64,000 nt of DNA from Balanoglossus misakiensis (taxonomy: Eukaryota; Animalia; Hemichordata): positions 2,222,783-2,286,782 of the forward strand of contig CM082580.2 in assembly GCA_040954595.2 (NCBI GenBank), written 5' to 3'. Made by a program: the position numbers and the translations under genes. Below are positions 14,453 to 26,878 of the stretch, in pieces. Position 1 is the first letter of the stretch; each line of letters starts with the position of its first letter. The notes beneath the pieces were generated by a model that did no database searches, had not been told where the DNA came from, and saw only the letters and a list, made by a program, of their open reading frames with translations.

Positions 14453-14961
14453 AATGGAGAGCAGAGAGGCGATAACAAAAAAAATACAGCTGAAATTTAA
14501 TTTGACATATGGGCGTGTTTCTAGAAGTAGAAAATAAAAAGGGCAGAGTGATCTTTTTATTATATTTTTTCCCTCCATACGTTGTCATCTAAGTACCAGG
14601 TGTGAACGTAGCAGACAGAGCAGTTATGCTGTCATAAAGCTAACCTGATCCAGATCAAAGTAACCAACTCACACATGATTTTACATCGGATTCCAGCCAC
14701 CCAGGGTGTCGTGTGATCTCTTCCGCTTTGCCTATGGCAAAGACGTTTGGTTTGATGATTATGCGAAAGTGAAATTCATTATATTGAGCTACAGCGATGG
14801 TCACACCTATGCAATTGTGATAGCTCAAACATTACCACTGTAGAGTGGAAAGGTAGAATTTTTGTTTGTATTTCTCATTTTTTTTTCTTTATTATGCCTC
14901 ACAGACTAGAGCCATATGTAAAGCATGCCCGCTTTAATAGCGTGTAGGAAGGGTGTCATAA

Positions 14962-15271
14962 TTAAGCAATAAAACACCCCCAGCCATGGTATACCACGAG
15001 ATTTTGATCAGTTCACGACATATACGCACAAGCGATAGCGAGTGCGTATATGGAGTTGAACTGGTCAAAATCGAGTGGTATACCATGGCTGGGGGTGTTT
15101 TATTGCTATTATATTATGCCAGTATATTGAAACTTTGCATAAAACATTTTAAAAAGGCATTTTCGTTGACTATGATATATGACTGTGGTATATGGCTAAT
15201 ATATCACGGTCACGTGTCGTGTCTCGACCAATCAAATAGCGTGATTTACACCATCAATATACTGGTATAAT
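14962..15271. mobile_element. About 310 bp hairpin MITE-like insertion
   Basis: Absent from the paralogous empty site near 27500. Contains a long stem-loop at 14962-15110 (agcaataaaacacccccagccatggtataccac ... gtggtataccatggctgggggtgttttattgct) and a second IR ccagtatattga/tcaatatactgg. Confidence 0.8.
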
Positions 15272-15510
15272 ATAATGCTCCAGGGAGTCAGAACGAGGCT
15301 ACACTACGGTGCTTATCCAGAAGTTCGGCTCCGCGACACCTCATCGAATTGGCGATATATACGCTACTTCACTGCAATATCACTCTACGAACTCGACTAT
15401 ATGAAGTAAGAGAAGTAGTTTCCTTGAGTTTCTTCTTGTTTTGTCGAATATTCATCGAGAAATTGAAGTAACTGTGTACTCGACTGCAACGTCGCCGCCA
15501 CGTCGACACC

Positions 15511-16455
15511 ATGACAAGCACTGATGACGTAAGACCCATCTTCCTTCTGCTGAATGACGTTACCGGTGGGAAGCCTAAGTCACCGTCAGATTATGTGACG
15601 ATGGAAGAGGTCTATTTAGCTGCCTGTGAATGTATTGAACCACAGTCCTTAGTCCGTGTACAAATAACTGGTGGGCTATGTCGTATTTATGTGGATGGTA
15701 GAGAAAACCGGATAAGGCTACTCACGTGCGGAATGGCTCTCAGAGGTATGACTATACAACTTAGGGAAAGAAACCCCTTTATTCAACAAGAAAGTATTCG
15801 AATAACTGTGAAAGGATTACCTTTCTCAGCTGAAAACGCTATGATATTGACAGCACTCGAGAAGTATGGGTGCGAAATAAACACAATTGAACACGAAAGA
15901 CTGCGTGTGAAGGGGAAACTAACAAGTTGTTTTACTGGAAGCCGCTACGTCTATGTGAAATCGATAAAACGACCAATCCCGACATACGGAGTTCGAATCG
16001 GTAGATTCAATGTTCGTATATTCTATAGGGGACAGCAAAGTAAGACCAATACGGCAAATGCAAGCGCTGCGACGCACGCCTCTGAAGCTGCTAATGGCCA
16101 GGTATTTCAACAGACTGAGACACCCGTGAACAAGAATGTCTCGGGCGATGGCTCCGACGAAGACGGATCTGTCGCTGAGCTAGAGTCGTACATAGACGAC
16201 AAATTCAACGAATTGGCTGCAGAGGTCAAGGAAAGTGAACCAGGAGAAGGCTTCACCAAATGGCAAATTAAAGGGAAAAGAAAGAAAAACAAGAAAAAGG
16301 AGAAGGAGGCTGATAAAAAGGAGAATAAAGGTGAAAAGAATTCAAATGGCGCAGCTGGGATTTCCGAGGGTACGAATGAAAGCAGCGATATATCAAGACA
16401 GGTGTTGTTCAGCCCAGGTGCGCGTCGTTCACGCTCACTTGAAAACATCTCGTAG
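15511..16455 (+). CDS. LINE ORF1 (L1/Tx1-type, RRM-like nucleic acid-binding protein)
   Basis: 314-aa ORF upstream of ORF2 with RITVKGLPF, TGSRYVYV and IFYRGQ, plus a basic low-complexity tail. The frame stays open past the TAG to 16557. Confidence 0.8.
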   Translation: MTSTDDVRPIFLLLNDVTGGKPKSPSDYVTMEEVYLAACECIEPQSLVRVQITGGLCRIYVDGRENRIRLLTCGMALRGMTIQLRERNPFIQQESIRITVKGLPFSAENAMILTALEKYGCEINTIEHERLRVKGKLTSCFTGSRYVYVKSIKRPIPTYGVRIGRFNVRIFYRGQQSKTNTANASAATHASEAANGQVFQQTETPVNKNVSGDGSDEDGSVAELESYIDDKFNELAAEVKESEPGEGFTKWQIKGKRKKNKKKEKEADKKENKGEKNSNGAAGISEGTNESSDISRQVLFSPGARRSRSLENIS

Positions 16456-16634
16456 GCTACAATCGACACCTTCCTACGACTGAGTAAAGCTGAGGAAACG
16501 CCCCGCAGAAGCTTGAGCAAGCGCCAATCATCAACTCCGCCAGAGCAGCAGGGCTAAACAAGCAGAGCTCAAAGCGCGATAAACAGAACCCTCCCCCTTG
16601 ACTTATTTGTTGGCAACTTTAGTACCGATAAGAA

Positions 16635-19600
16635 ATGATTGACTCGCTATCAGTACTAACTTTGAATGTCCGTGGAATTCGCGATCCATACAAACGTCGA
16701 GCTCTGTTCACATGGATCAAAAAGGTAAATGCTGATATAATTTTTCTTCAAGAAACCCATATCACTGAGGATATCGTGTTTAGTTTTGATAACCAGTGGG
16801 GTGGTAAATGTATTCATAACTTTGGTTCCTCACACAGTTGTGGTGTATCAATTCTTTTTAAGAAACACATTGATACTAAAATTCTAGACACCAAAGGTGT
16901 AAATGGTAGATTTATCTTTGTAAATTGTATTTTGTCAGATACTTTATTTTCGCTTTGTAATATCTATGCTCCAAATTCTATAAAGGAGCGGTGTTCTTTT
17001 TTTTCAAAATACCCTTGACTTACTTAACGATTTTGAATTGTCAAACCTTATCATCGGTGGCGATTTTAACTGCCTTGCCAACAGTAGTATTGACAAGCGA
17101 GGGGGAAATCCCACATCGGATAAGTCTAGTAAAGTACTGAAAACTCTTTGTAGGATGTTCAATGTCATTGACAGTTGGCGTTTAAAAAATCCACATACAT
17201 CTGCTTTTACTTTCCGCCATAAATCTCCTTTGGTGCTTGCACGCCTTATTTGTTCACATCAAAACACCTTTTTGATTATATAGAGAAATGTTCTATTATA
17301 CCAGCGATTCTGACGGATCACCGTGCTGTTCATTTAACCTTTAACCTTACGAATTCAGTTAGAGGAAGGGGAATTTGGAGACTGAATACTTCTGTGTTGA
17401 AAGATGAGATTTATGTGAAAAAGGTTAAAGAAATTGTTAAAAATGTCACGGAGAAGTTTTCTGACTTGTCAGCACAACTGAAACTTGACATTTTTAAGTT
17501 AAGAGTTAAAGAATTCTCCATTAATTTTACGCAAAGGAAAGCAAAAGCGCGCAGAGAGGAAGTAACTTCTCTGGAAAACAAGCTTGCTACTTGAGACAAG
17601 CATATCGATGAAACATTGAATGCGTCTATTTTGCAAGAATATACCCAAGTGAAAACTAGGCTTGACTATCTTTATAAAGAAAAAGCTCGTGGTGCCCAAA
17701 TTCGTGCACGAGCCAGATGGGTAGCTGAAGGCGAACGTGCGACGAAGTTTTTCCTGAATCTTGAAAGGAAGCGAAGGTTAAATAATGCTATTACTAAGTT
17801 GTATGATGATGGTAACGAAATTATTGGAACTAACAATATTCTTAAATCCATTGTGGATTATTATACCGTACTATTCTCCACAAATAGTCCATCTGTTGAA
17901 TCGATTAACAATTATCTCAAGGACGTGAACATATAAACGTTTTTGTCAGAAGATGATAAACAACGTCTGGAGCAAGCAATCTCAAAAGAAGAATGCAAGT
18001 ATGCGGTTTTCAATATGAAAAAGGAGAAGACGCCTGGTTTTGATGGATTACCTACAGAGTTCTATCAAACCTTTTGGGATTTTATTGGAGATTTAGTCTT
18101 TCAATCATTATGTGAAGGTCTCAACAATGGTTTCCTCAGCTCAAGTCAGCGCACTGCTGTTTTAAGGCTCATTCACAAGAAAAACGAGAAGACAAATCTT
18201 GACAACTGGCGTCCAATTAGCCTCTTGAATACTGATTACAAAATCCTGGCCTTCATTTTAGCTAATAGAATCAAACGTATTGTTCACAAAATTATTCACC
18301 CTGACCAAACAGCATACATTCCAGGAAGGTATATAGGACAAAACATTCGCTTAATTTATGATGTAATTTATCATACTGACATTGAAGATTTGCCAGGAAT
18401 TATCTTATTTCTTGATTTCCGTAAAGCATTCGATACGGTTGAGCATCAATTCCTGTTTCAAACCTTGAATAAGTTTAACTTTGGTGATAACTTTATAAAT
18501 CATGTGAAATCGATGTACAACAATATTGACTCTGCTGTTATAAATAATGGGTACATATCTGAAAAATTTAAACCTTCTAGAGGAATTAGACGAGGCTGTC
18601 CTCTTTCAGCTCTCCTCTTTCTATTTGTTGTGGAAATTTTTGCAACGGTTATTAGGAACGATCAAAATATTACAGGTATCAGAGTTCAAAATGGGTCTTT
18701 TCAAAATTCAAAGGAAATAAAAATCACACAAGTCGCAGATGATACGACACTTTTTTTAGACAATGAGAATAGCGTTTCTCATGCCATTGATGTTGTTAAA
18801 AAATTTGGGGTTGTTGCAGGAACACAATTAAATATGCAAAAGACCGATGGGCTTTGGATTGGTAAATGGAAAAACAGATCGGATATCATTTCTGGTATCA
18901 ACTGGCCCGATGCGCCAATCAAGTCACTTGGAATGTACTTTCACCCCAATGTTGCGCTATGTAAAAATTTAATTTGGGAAGAGTCGTTACAGAAAGCATC
19001 TTTCGCTTTAAAAGCTTGGAACAAGCGAAATCTGACTCTTTATGGGAAAATTGCTCTTTTGAAAGCATTTGCTGTATCAAAACTTATTTATCCTTTGTCA
19101 ATGCTTGATTTTTCACATTGCAAATTAAAACAGGTTGATGCTTTGTTTTTTGAATTTCTTTGGAATTCAAAAATCCAAAAAATCTCACGAAATACCGTTA
19201 TTGTAGATTATTACCAAGGAGGTCTTAAGATGACTGATATCATTACACAATATAAAGCACTCAAAGCATCTTGGGCTAAACGCTTTTTGAAAGATAAAAA
19301 TTGTACCTTAGTAGATTGTATTCAACCAAGTTGGATTTTGGTTCCCGAGTTTTATTTGTGTAAAAATTAGTTTTTATAGCAACTTTACACAACCAGCAGA
19401 TTGTCCATATACTGGTTCTTTGCCAGCTTTTTATAGAGAAATGATTCTTTATTTACACGAATCTTTTGAGGGTAAAATACAAAGACCGGATTCTGTGACG
19501 TCATTGTTGCAACAAGTAATCTGGTCAAACCAGTTCATAAGATATGAAGGCAGAACACTTTTTTTTCCTGAATGGATTAAATCTGGAATTCTTTTTGTAA

Positions 19601-20306
19601 AAGATATTATCAGTGGGAAACAAATAGTTATAAGCAAAATAACAAATATCATTGTCAACGAACGTAATTATGTAAATGAGCTTTTTTTATTAAAGAATGC
19701 AATGAGACCTTGGATTACACTCCTAAATAAAAATACGGATATTTCTCAAAATTTTACACTCAACAGAAACATTTTTACTAGTTTTACAACTAAATCGTTC
19801 TACACTGATTTGCTTCAACACACGGTAAAAACATCATATGTTGAGACTATGTGGTCCAAGAAATACAATCTGCAGAATATAGAATGGAGTTATATATGGG
19901 AAACAAGATGCAATAGATGCTCCCTAGATAGAAAACTCTGTAATTTCCTTTATAAGTTTTTACACTATGCAATTTTTGTCATGTTACAGAGGATCAATTA
20001 CATATTTTCTTTCATTGTATTAAAGTTCAGTTTTTTTGGAATTAGGTCAGAATACTCATCAACAGCCATTTTAACATTGATCCTATTATTAATATGCGAT
20101 CATTGATTGTCGGAATGCCAAATGAGGCTGTAAAACTTTTGATCACTATTGCAATGTATTCGATTTTTAAGGCGTGGTGCTTACAAAAAACATGTATTTA
20201 TAATATGTTTGTACATGATTTAACAACTACAATAATTTGTGAATCTTTTATAGACTCTGCAAAAGCTAAGGAGAAATGGAAGACTTTATACGATGAAATG
20301 AAATAA
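16635..20306 (+). pseudogene. LINE ORF2 (APE endonuclease, reverse transcriptase, CCHC finger) broken by stops and frameshifts
   Basis: LNVRG, LQETH, NIYAP, GGDFN, TDH (APE); KTPGFDG, NWRPISLLNTDYK, LDFRKAFD, RGCPLS, QVADD (RT); CNFCHVTEDQLHIFFHC near 19968. Confidence 0.93.
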
Positions 20307-20547
20307 AAAAAAATAAAAAAATATAATGCTCCATATAAACTGCTGATGTGGTGTCTGTTGATATTAAAATTAATAATGAGTCACGACACACTATATGGTA
20401 GGACTGATATACTTTATTGAAAGAAACCATCTTTAGCAAAGGATTTCGCACGTGTGCTGTTGTACCTGTGTAGATGTGCGGGAAAGATAGTTCTGTCGGC
20501 GACTTTCTTATGCGGTATTATCAACGCCATGTCGTATTCATTCGATT

Positions 20548-20946
20548 TCAACCACATTTGCAAGTGTAGGATGATATGACGTCATCCCACGTTTTCGTTT
20601 TATCTTCCTTGCGTCTGACGCTGCCCAGGTAGTAAACCCCTCCGCCAAAGATCTCCCGTTCTGGGTTGTCACTGGCGGCCAACTTCTCGTAGGCGACAAA
20701 TCGGCAGCCTTCGTCGACAACCAGGGCGGACACTCGGTTGTTCCAGTCACCGTGGCTTGTCATTCTGGTCCTCTCGCGCACCACTCGGTTGATGGTGACT
20801 GTGGCCCCGCGACAGTTCAAGTCTTCGTCCTCACTGCCAATGTCGTACAGTATGGCGCAGACAGCGGGGTCCAGGTCTTGCGGGGCGGGACACACTGCCA
20901 AACAACCGCCAATGAACGTTAAGACCATGAGCAATGTGAGATGCAT
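20548..20946 (-). CDS. SYCN-like: Syncollin-like secreted Cys-rich protein, copy A1 (132 aa)
   Basis: Signal peptide followed by CPAPQDL, CAILYD, NCRGA, WNNRVSALVVDEGC, FGGG.Y.L and WDDVISSYTCKC. This parallels recalled vertebrate syncollin motifs (CPA..DL, CAKLYD, NCCGGA, WAN.ASSLVVAPRC, WSNAISALYCRC). Single coding exon; likely 5'UTR splice acceptor near 20996; AATAAA near 20413. Confidence 0.85.
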   Translation of the reverse strand: MHLTLLMVLTFIGGCLAVCPAPQDLDPAVCAILYDIGSEDEDLNCRGATVTINRVVRERTRMTSHGDWNNRVSALVVDEGCRFVAYEKLAASDNPEREIFGGGVYYLGSVRRKEDKTKTWDDVISSYTCKCG

Positions 20947-22309
20947 GGTTTAGGGGTGCTCTTGGTCTTCGCAGCGATCTATCGGTCAATTCGCTCTGAA
21001 AGACACAGAGAAAACTCATGGTAGACTAAGGAGAAATCAGAGATATAAGTGCATGCATGCATGGCCAAAGGAACCAAACAGAGCGGTGTATTAGATACTT
21101 CACCGAATTGCGAGACTTGACGTCAACACCCTGTTTGCCATAAACAATATCTTACTGAATCAAAGCGTTTCTGTTGATTTTCACGCAAAGTACAGCATTG
21201 CAATTTCCTGAAAGGTTTACAGAAATACCGCATCCAAGCTACGAAAAAAATGTACAGTGAAATAGCTGAGCTACAAAGCATGACAATATATATGTGCTAA
21301 TCCATATTGCCTTTTAATGTGAGCTGAAACGGGTTGTGGCTACATGTTCGCACTAAATGGAGAATTCCATATTGCTCTATCGATCGCAAGAATTACTCAC
21401 CAAACTGTTGAACAGTCTTCCTCAGATTGTGCCTGTGACGTCTTGTCTGAATGCCGTCGAGAGGGGCTGTGTCATTACTAGCTGACTTGTCTGCCCTCAT
21501 ATCAAAGGAAACGTTTTATTGCATTTATTATTATGCAAATATATATAACATTTAAAATTAATAATTGATTTTGTTGAAGCATAAATCAGGCACTCAGTAA
21601 GAACCACTAGCTTTATCTTTTTCGATTCGTTCAGTTCTTACCAAAAGATCACTATTCAGACCTAAAGCTCCTTGAAGTCTGCGTTTTAGGTACTTGGTTG
21701 ACAAAGGGCGCCACTTTAATAAATAAAAGAACTGCTGTCACGTAACTATTCTTAGCCTGTTTACTCGAATAAGTAAGCTGAAAAGGAATATACACATTTC
21801 CACAAAATTATTCCGACAACCCAAATAGTATCGATAAAATTTAGACAAATTTAGAATTCCATAAATATCTGGAGTCATAAATTTCACGGCGGTTTTACTT
21901 TCATCTACGTATACGCGTTAAATTGAACACAGTTTTAAATTAGTTTTATGCCAATTATACTCCTGTGAAATATGTGGATGCAATACTCTAAACTATATTG
22001 GAGTTTCACCCATGTTGCCAGATGTGTATACCGGTAGTCGCAAACTTTATTTGAGTCAGCCATTCATGATTGAAACGTCCATTACAAGAGCTTGCGTGTC
22101 TATTATTTAATATATAAGACAACAGATCACGGCGACTACAGTGATATCTGACAACTCACTGTGTACAAACTACAGTTATTTCCAGTGCAGGGCATTTACA
22201 GTTTATTAAAATGAGACAAAGGACACAGGCGTTACAGTAGGATGAAATATTTGTTCAACTTTATTCAGACATGTGAACGAACATGGTGCAAAGTTCCGGT
22301 GACGAATAT

Positions 22310-22720
22310 TCATCCTCTATAGCCACATGTACACGTGTAGGACGAAATGGCTTTATCCCATGTCTCGGTGCCGTCTTCGCGTTTCACGGCGCCTAAATAG
22401 TAGCTTCCTTCGCCGAATTCCCGCTTCTCTGGGCCCACAGCTGGGTCATCGTTCACCGGTATCGTTTGGTAGCCAACGAACGTGCATCCCTCGGCGACGA
22501 CTAGGGCAGACGCTCGATCGTTCCAGTACACCAGCCTGGTCCTCTCGGGTACCGAACCTTGGATGAAGAAGATGCCACCGCGGCAGTTCGCCTCATCGTC
22601 CTCACTACCGACTTTGAACAGCATGGCGCATATACCGGGCGGCAGGTCTGGTTGGGTAGGACAGGCTGCCAAACAGCTACCGATTACCGTCAAGCTTACC
22701 ACCAAACCGAGGAGGTGCAT
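22310..22720 (-). CDS. SYCN-like: Syncollin-like secreted protein, copy B1 (136 aa)
   Basis: Same Cys framework: ACPTQPDL, CAMLF, NCRGG, WNDRASALVVAEGC, WDKAISSYTCTC. Signal peptide present. Confidence 0.85.
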   Translation of the reverse strand: MHLLGLVVSLTVIGSCLAACPTQPDLPPGICAMLFKVGSEDDEANCRGGIFFIQGSVPERTRLVYWNDRASALVVAEGCTFVGYQTIPVNDDPAVGPEKREFGEGSYYLGAVKREDGTETWDKAISSYTCTCGYRG

Positions 22721-23359
22721 GGTCTTGGGTGCTATGTGTCTTTTTGGGGGTATAAAGAGTCAATCACTTTATAACCTGAAAGACACAATCATAAACTCTG
22801 TGAATTGACAATCTCCCACGCAAGTTTAATCGCTTGTACTGATCATTTTTGACAGATTGCACTATCATTTGAAAACATGCCGCCTATCAGAAGAGCACCA
22901 CTTCGCTATAAGGTCACCGACAAGCAGAAACAGTTTTTTTAATACTAGCAGGTCTATAATATTGCATTTGTCAAAACCACGCTTGGAGTTTTAGAGTGAT
23001 TTAAATAACTACACCAGTGTGCCAATTTTACTACCTAGCAAAATAACTTACCGAAGGCTAGCAGCAGTCTCGTTAAGTGTGAACACTGTCTGGGCGCTTG
23101 GTCGAAGTGACAATTCGTCTTGATTGTGATCATATATCAGGTATTTGCATTCATTAGTATGCAAGGTGACGTTATTTCCGGGTAGTCTGATTCTCCGAAT
23201 ATAACATTTGCGAGACAGTAGCATAATTTAAATTACACATTGTCATGTACTTTGGTTTTGTACATTTTGAATATTTCTTTTTATTTATTTGCCTTGTCCT
23301 CCCTGAAAATCAGTCCATATGGCTGAGGGACCTAACCAGTGATGATGGTGGCTGTGGTA

Positions 23360-23435
23360 GATGGATGGGTGGGTGGGTGTGTGGGTGTTTGGATCTGGGT
23401 GGATGGATGGATGGAAGGATGGATGGAAGGATGTA
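23360..23435. repeat. (GGAT/GGGT)n simple repeat, duplicated at about 29465-29540
   Basis: Visible tandem repeat. Confidence 0.8.
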
Positions 23436-23503
23436 AGAAAAAATGAATGATGTCTCGATACCTCTATATTGTGTGTGTTTGTTTGTGTGGGAGTCAATCG
23501 ACT

Positions 23504-23557
23504 TCACTGTTGGCATTTACAAGTGCTGGATGAAATGGCGTTATCCCACGTATTCAG
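23504..23557 (-). pseudogene. 3' remnant of another syncollin-like paralog
   Basis: Minus strand reads LNTWDNAISSSTCKCQQ*. No upstream coding part is visible. Confidence 0.75.
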
Positions 23558-23744
23558 TTGACACTGTGTTCAAGTTTGAATTGGCCCTAGCACAATCCAA
23601 AGTGTAGACTATAGATTTGCGAAGAACAGAGTCACAATTTATTAAAATGAGATAAAAACTCAAGCATAACAGTAGGATAATCTATTTTTCAAGTTAATTC
23701 AGACAAGTGCATGCGCACGATACAAAGTTCCGGCAACGAAAATT

Positions 23745-24121
23745 TCAGCCGCATTTGCAAGTGTAGGTAGAGATGGCATTGTCCCATGTCTTGGTTCTAT
23801 CTTCGCGTTTCACGGCGGCTAGATAATAGCTTCTTCTTCTGCCGAATACTCGCTTCTCTGGATCACCTGGGCCGTCATTAACTGGTACTCTAAAGTAGCC
23901 CACGAATCTGCAGCCTTCGGCGACGACCAGGGCAGACACTCGGTCGTTCCAGTCGCCGTGTGTCGCCAGCCTGGTCCTGTCACGCACCACTCGCTTGATG
24001 GTTAGTGTGCATGGCGCCGCGACAATTAGACTGGTACTGCGGGGTTCAGGTCTGGTGGTTTAGGACACACTGCGACGCAACTACCGATTTCTGTCAAGCT
24101 AATGAGCAAACTGAGGTGCAT
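23745..24121 (-). pseudogene. Syncollin-like pseudogene C
   Basis: MHLSLLISLTEIGSCVAVCPKPPDLNPAV, then loss of the CAILYD segment with frameshifts, then ...WNDRVSALVVAEGC...WDNAISTYTCKCG*. Confidence 0.85.
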
Positions 24122-24312
24122 GGTTTTAAACAAACAAACAAACACACACACACACACACACACAATAAAAGCCCGGAGGGAGCGCCCCCTGTGGTATAAC
24201 GTCCATGCAGCCAACTATATCGCCATTCATGTCACTTTACACATCACCGTGCACGTCATGATCGTGGTTACAATTTCAGGGAACATAGACAGTTACGTGT
24301 TTCGATATGAAA

Positions 24313-24516
24313 TAAAACACTTTATTTTCGCGAGTCAAAATTTTCGCGATATCGACAGAGGCCATTGTTTCGTGAGTATTAATTTTCGCGTTCTCTTATT
24401 TCATTCACTGCATCGTTACCTTCTAAAAAAATTACGCGACTTTTTATTTTCACGCTATTTTGGCTCTCGCGTATTCCGCGAAAATTTATTGCTCGCGAAA
24501 ATAAAGTGTTTTATAG
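24313..24516. mobile_element. About 200 bp MITE (Tc1/pogo-like); family copies at 29820-29958 (truncated) and 43241-43444
   Basis: TIR taaaacactttattttcgcgag ... ctcgcgaaaataaagtgtttta. Confidence 0.85.
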
Positions 24517-25266
24517 TATGCAAACTGAGGCTTACTTATTCGAAACAACGACGTTACGTGTAGTTAACATCAATGTACACAGAAAAATCCACATAAAACT
24601 GTAAATCTAAATTGTATTGTTTCACCCCATAATGATGCAGTGGATTATTCCTGTAGTGTAGCGGTTCAAATTTTCTTAGACAAAGTATAGTAAGGCCAAA
24701 TGAGAAATATATGGTTTTAAGATGTGAAATAATTTTACCTTTAGAAAAATTTGTTCATTGTACGAAGTACCTAGAGTCTGCGCTCTCTGGGTGGGCGAAT
24801 CTCTACTGAAATAGAAAATGTTTGCTCTCTATTTTCGTAAAAACACGCACTAGACAAAAGGGTAAAAGGTTGAATTTTAATAAATAAAAGAAAATGTGCG
24901 GGTTTTATGCGATCTCGTACCATTTTGATATTTTATTGCTGTGTTGTCAGTGTAGGCCTACAGGAGCTAACTATATCTGCAGTGGCCCCATGCTTGTTAT
25001 TATAATATTCAGAAATTATACAGTACACTGATTCTAAATTAAAGTGCACCGATGCCTTCCTTGTAGAGAGGTTCTAATAAAAATCTTTGTGAAAAAATGA
25101 GTGATTTGTGTCGTTTTTATTCACTTTCACTTATCACGCAGCAGCTTAGCGTCTATCTCGATATGCGGAAGTGACGTAAGAGACTACGCTCGAAAAGCTG
25201 TCTGCTAGTAGATCAACGTTCACGCAACGCCTCCAGCTGAGTAACCCAGTCGGTCACCAAGCCCGC

Positions 25267-25439
25267 TGTTGCCATGAGATAGATGTCTTGACAGGACCGT
25301 TAGAGCGACTGAAGTGCATAACAGACTCCGAAGACATTTCCACAGAATGTCTGAATCCGATTGTCCTGAACACTGCATACGTCCAGTTTCACCTCTACAA
25401 GCGGCGAAAGGGATTCGCACCCGATGAACTTAACAACAG
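25267..25439 (+). pseudogene. KolX / P2X7-ballast-like Cys-rich exon fragment (Kolobok accessory gene)
   Basis: CCHEIDVLTGPLERLKCITDSEDISTECLNPIVLNTAYVQFHLYKRRKG followed by a GT donor. The CCxE..CIT....F/I..CL...VL pattern is characteristic. Confidence 0.7.
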
Positions 25440-26878
25440 GTAGGGCCTAACGCCAACTGCATGTAGGCCTAATAGCTATTTTTACTGCAGAATGCAAAAC
25501 AATGTTATTTTCATCCAATTTTGATTGAGATTTTCGTGAACGTTCGTACCTACGAAAGGTCAATTTTCATGTAAAAGTGATGGTCGATGAAAATTTCGGT
25601 TTATACGTGAGGCTCCTTCAAAAATCTGTCTTAATGTCGACTCAAATCGGAAAGGCTTCATGGAAGGTGGGAGTAAGGGCCAGGGAAACATTTATCTATA
25701 GCGTGAACATTTCCTCGTGTAGGCTACTTCTCTGCTGACCCTCCATGAAATTCAGACAATTATGAGTCTGAACCATTATACATAGGGTCTGTCATGTTCA
25801 CTCAGGGAGCTGAAACTATGCAACAGAGAAACTACTGTTTTGCTTGTCGATTATTGAAAAAAAGGTGAGCCCAATGTTTGTATAAAGTTGATATCATCAA
25901 CAACGAATATATTTTGGTGGAAATTAATTTGAAGTACATGTATTCTAAATAACAATTTGCCGTTACGTTCAGCGTGGTTGAGTTAGGGGGCACGTTATTT
26001 TCCCCACATGTCCCACTTGCCAATTTTGTAAAATTAAATTGTTCAAACTTCGTCGTAAAATTAAGAATAGTTACGTGACGGCAGTACTTTTATTTATTAA
26101 AGTGATGCCCTTGGTAAACAAAGTACCTCAAACGCAGACTTCAAGGAGCTTTAGGTCTGAATAGTGATATTTTGGTAAGAACTGAACGAATCAAAAAAGG
26201 GAAAGCTAGTGGTTCTTACTGAGCGTCTGATTTATGCTTTAACAAAATCAATTAATTATTTTAAATTTTACATGTATTTGCATAAATGCAATAAAACGTT
26301 TCCTTTGATATAAGGGCAGACAAGTCAGCTAGTAACGCCACAGCCCCTCTCGACGGCATTCAGACAAGACGTCACAGGCACAATCTGAGGAAGACTGTTC
26401 AACAGTTTGGTGAGTAATTCTTGCGATCGATAGAGCAATATGGAATTCTCCATTTAGTGCGAACATTATGGCTTAGGTCCATGTAGCCACAACCCGTTTC
26501 AGCTCACATTAAAAGGCCATATGGATTAGCACATATATATTGTCATGCTTTGTAGCTCAGCTATTTCACTGTACATTTTTTTCGTAGCTTGGATGCGGTA
26601 TTTCTGTAAACCTTTCAGGAAATTGCAATGCTGTACTTTGCGTGAGAAGCAACAGAAACGCTTTGATTCAGTAAGATATTGTTTATGGCAAACAGGGTGT
26701 TGACGTCAAGTGTCGCAATTCGGTGAAGTATCTAATACACCGCTCTGTTTGGTTCCTTTGGCCATGCATGCATGCACCAATATCTCCGATTTCGCCTTAG
26801 TCTACCATGAGTTTTCTCTGTGTCTTTCAGAGCGAATTGACCGATAGATCGCTGCGAAGACCAAGAGCCCCCTAAACC

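Larger units (their letters stand above)
15283..20320 (+). mobile_element. Full-length but decayed L1/Tx1-clade non-LTR retrotransposon
   Basis: 5' UTR, ORF1, fragmented ORF2 and A-rich tail at 20301-20320. TSD ATATAATGCTCCA at 15270-15282 and 20321-20333. Confidence 0.93.
14571..21754. repeat. Left arm of an inverted segmental duplication (partner 26062-27895); this arm also carries the MITE and LINE insertions
   Basis: 14571-14961 and 20323-21754 match the reverse complement of 26062-27895. Confidence 0.92.
21755..25018. repeat. First copy of a direct segmental duplication (partner 27940-30454)
   Basis: Colinear near-identical sequence from gcctgtttactcg to ttcagaaatta. The partner lacks about 23710-24372. 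Confidence 0.92.
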
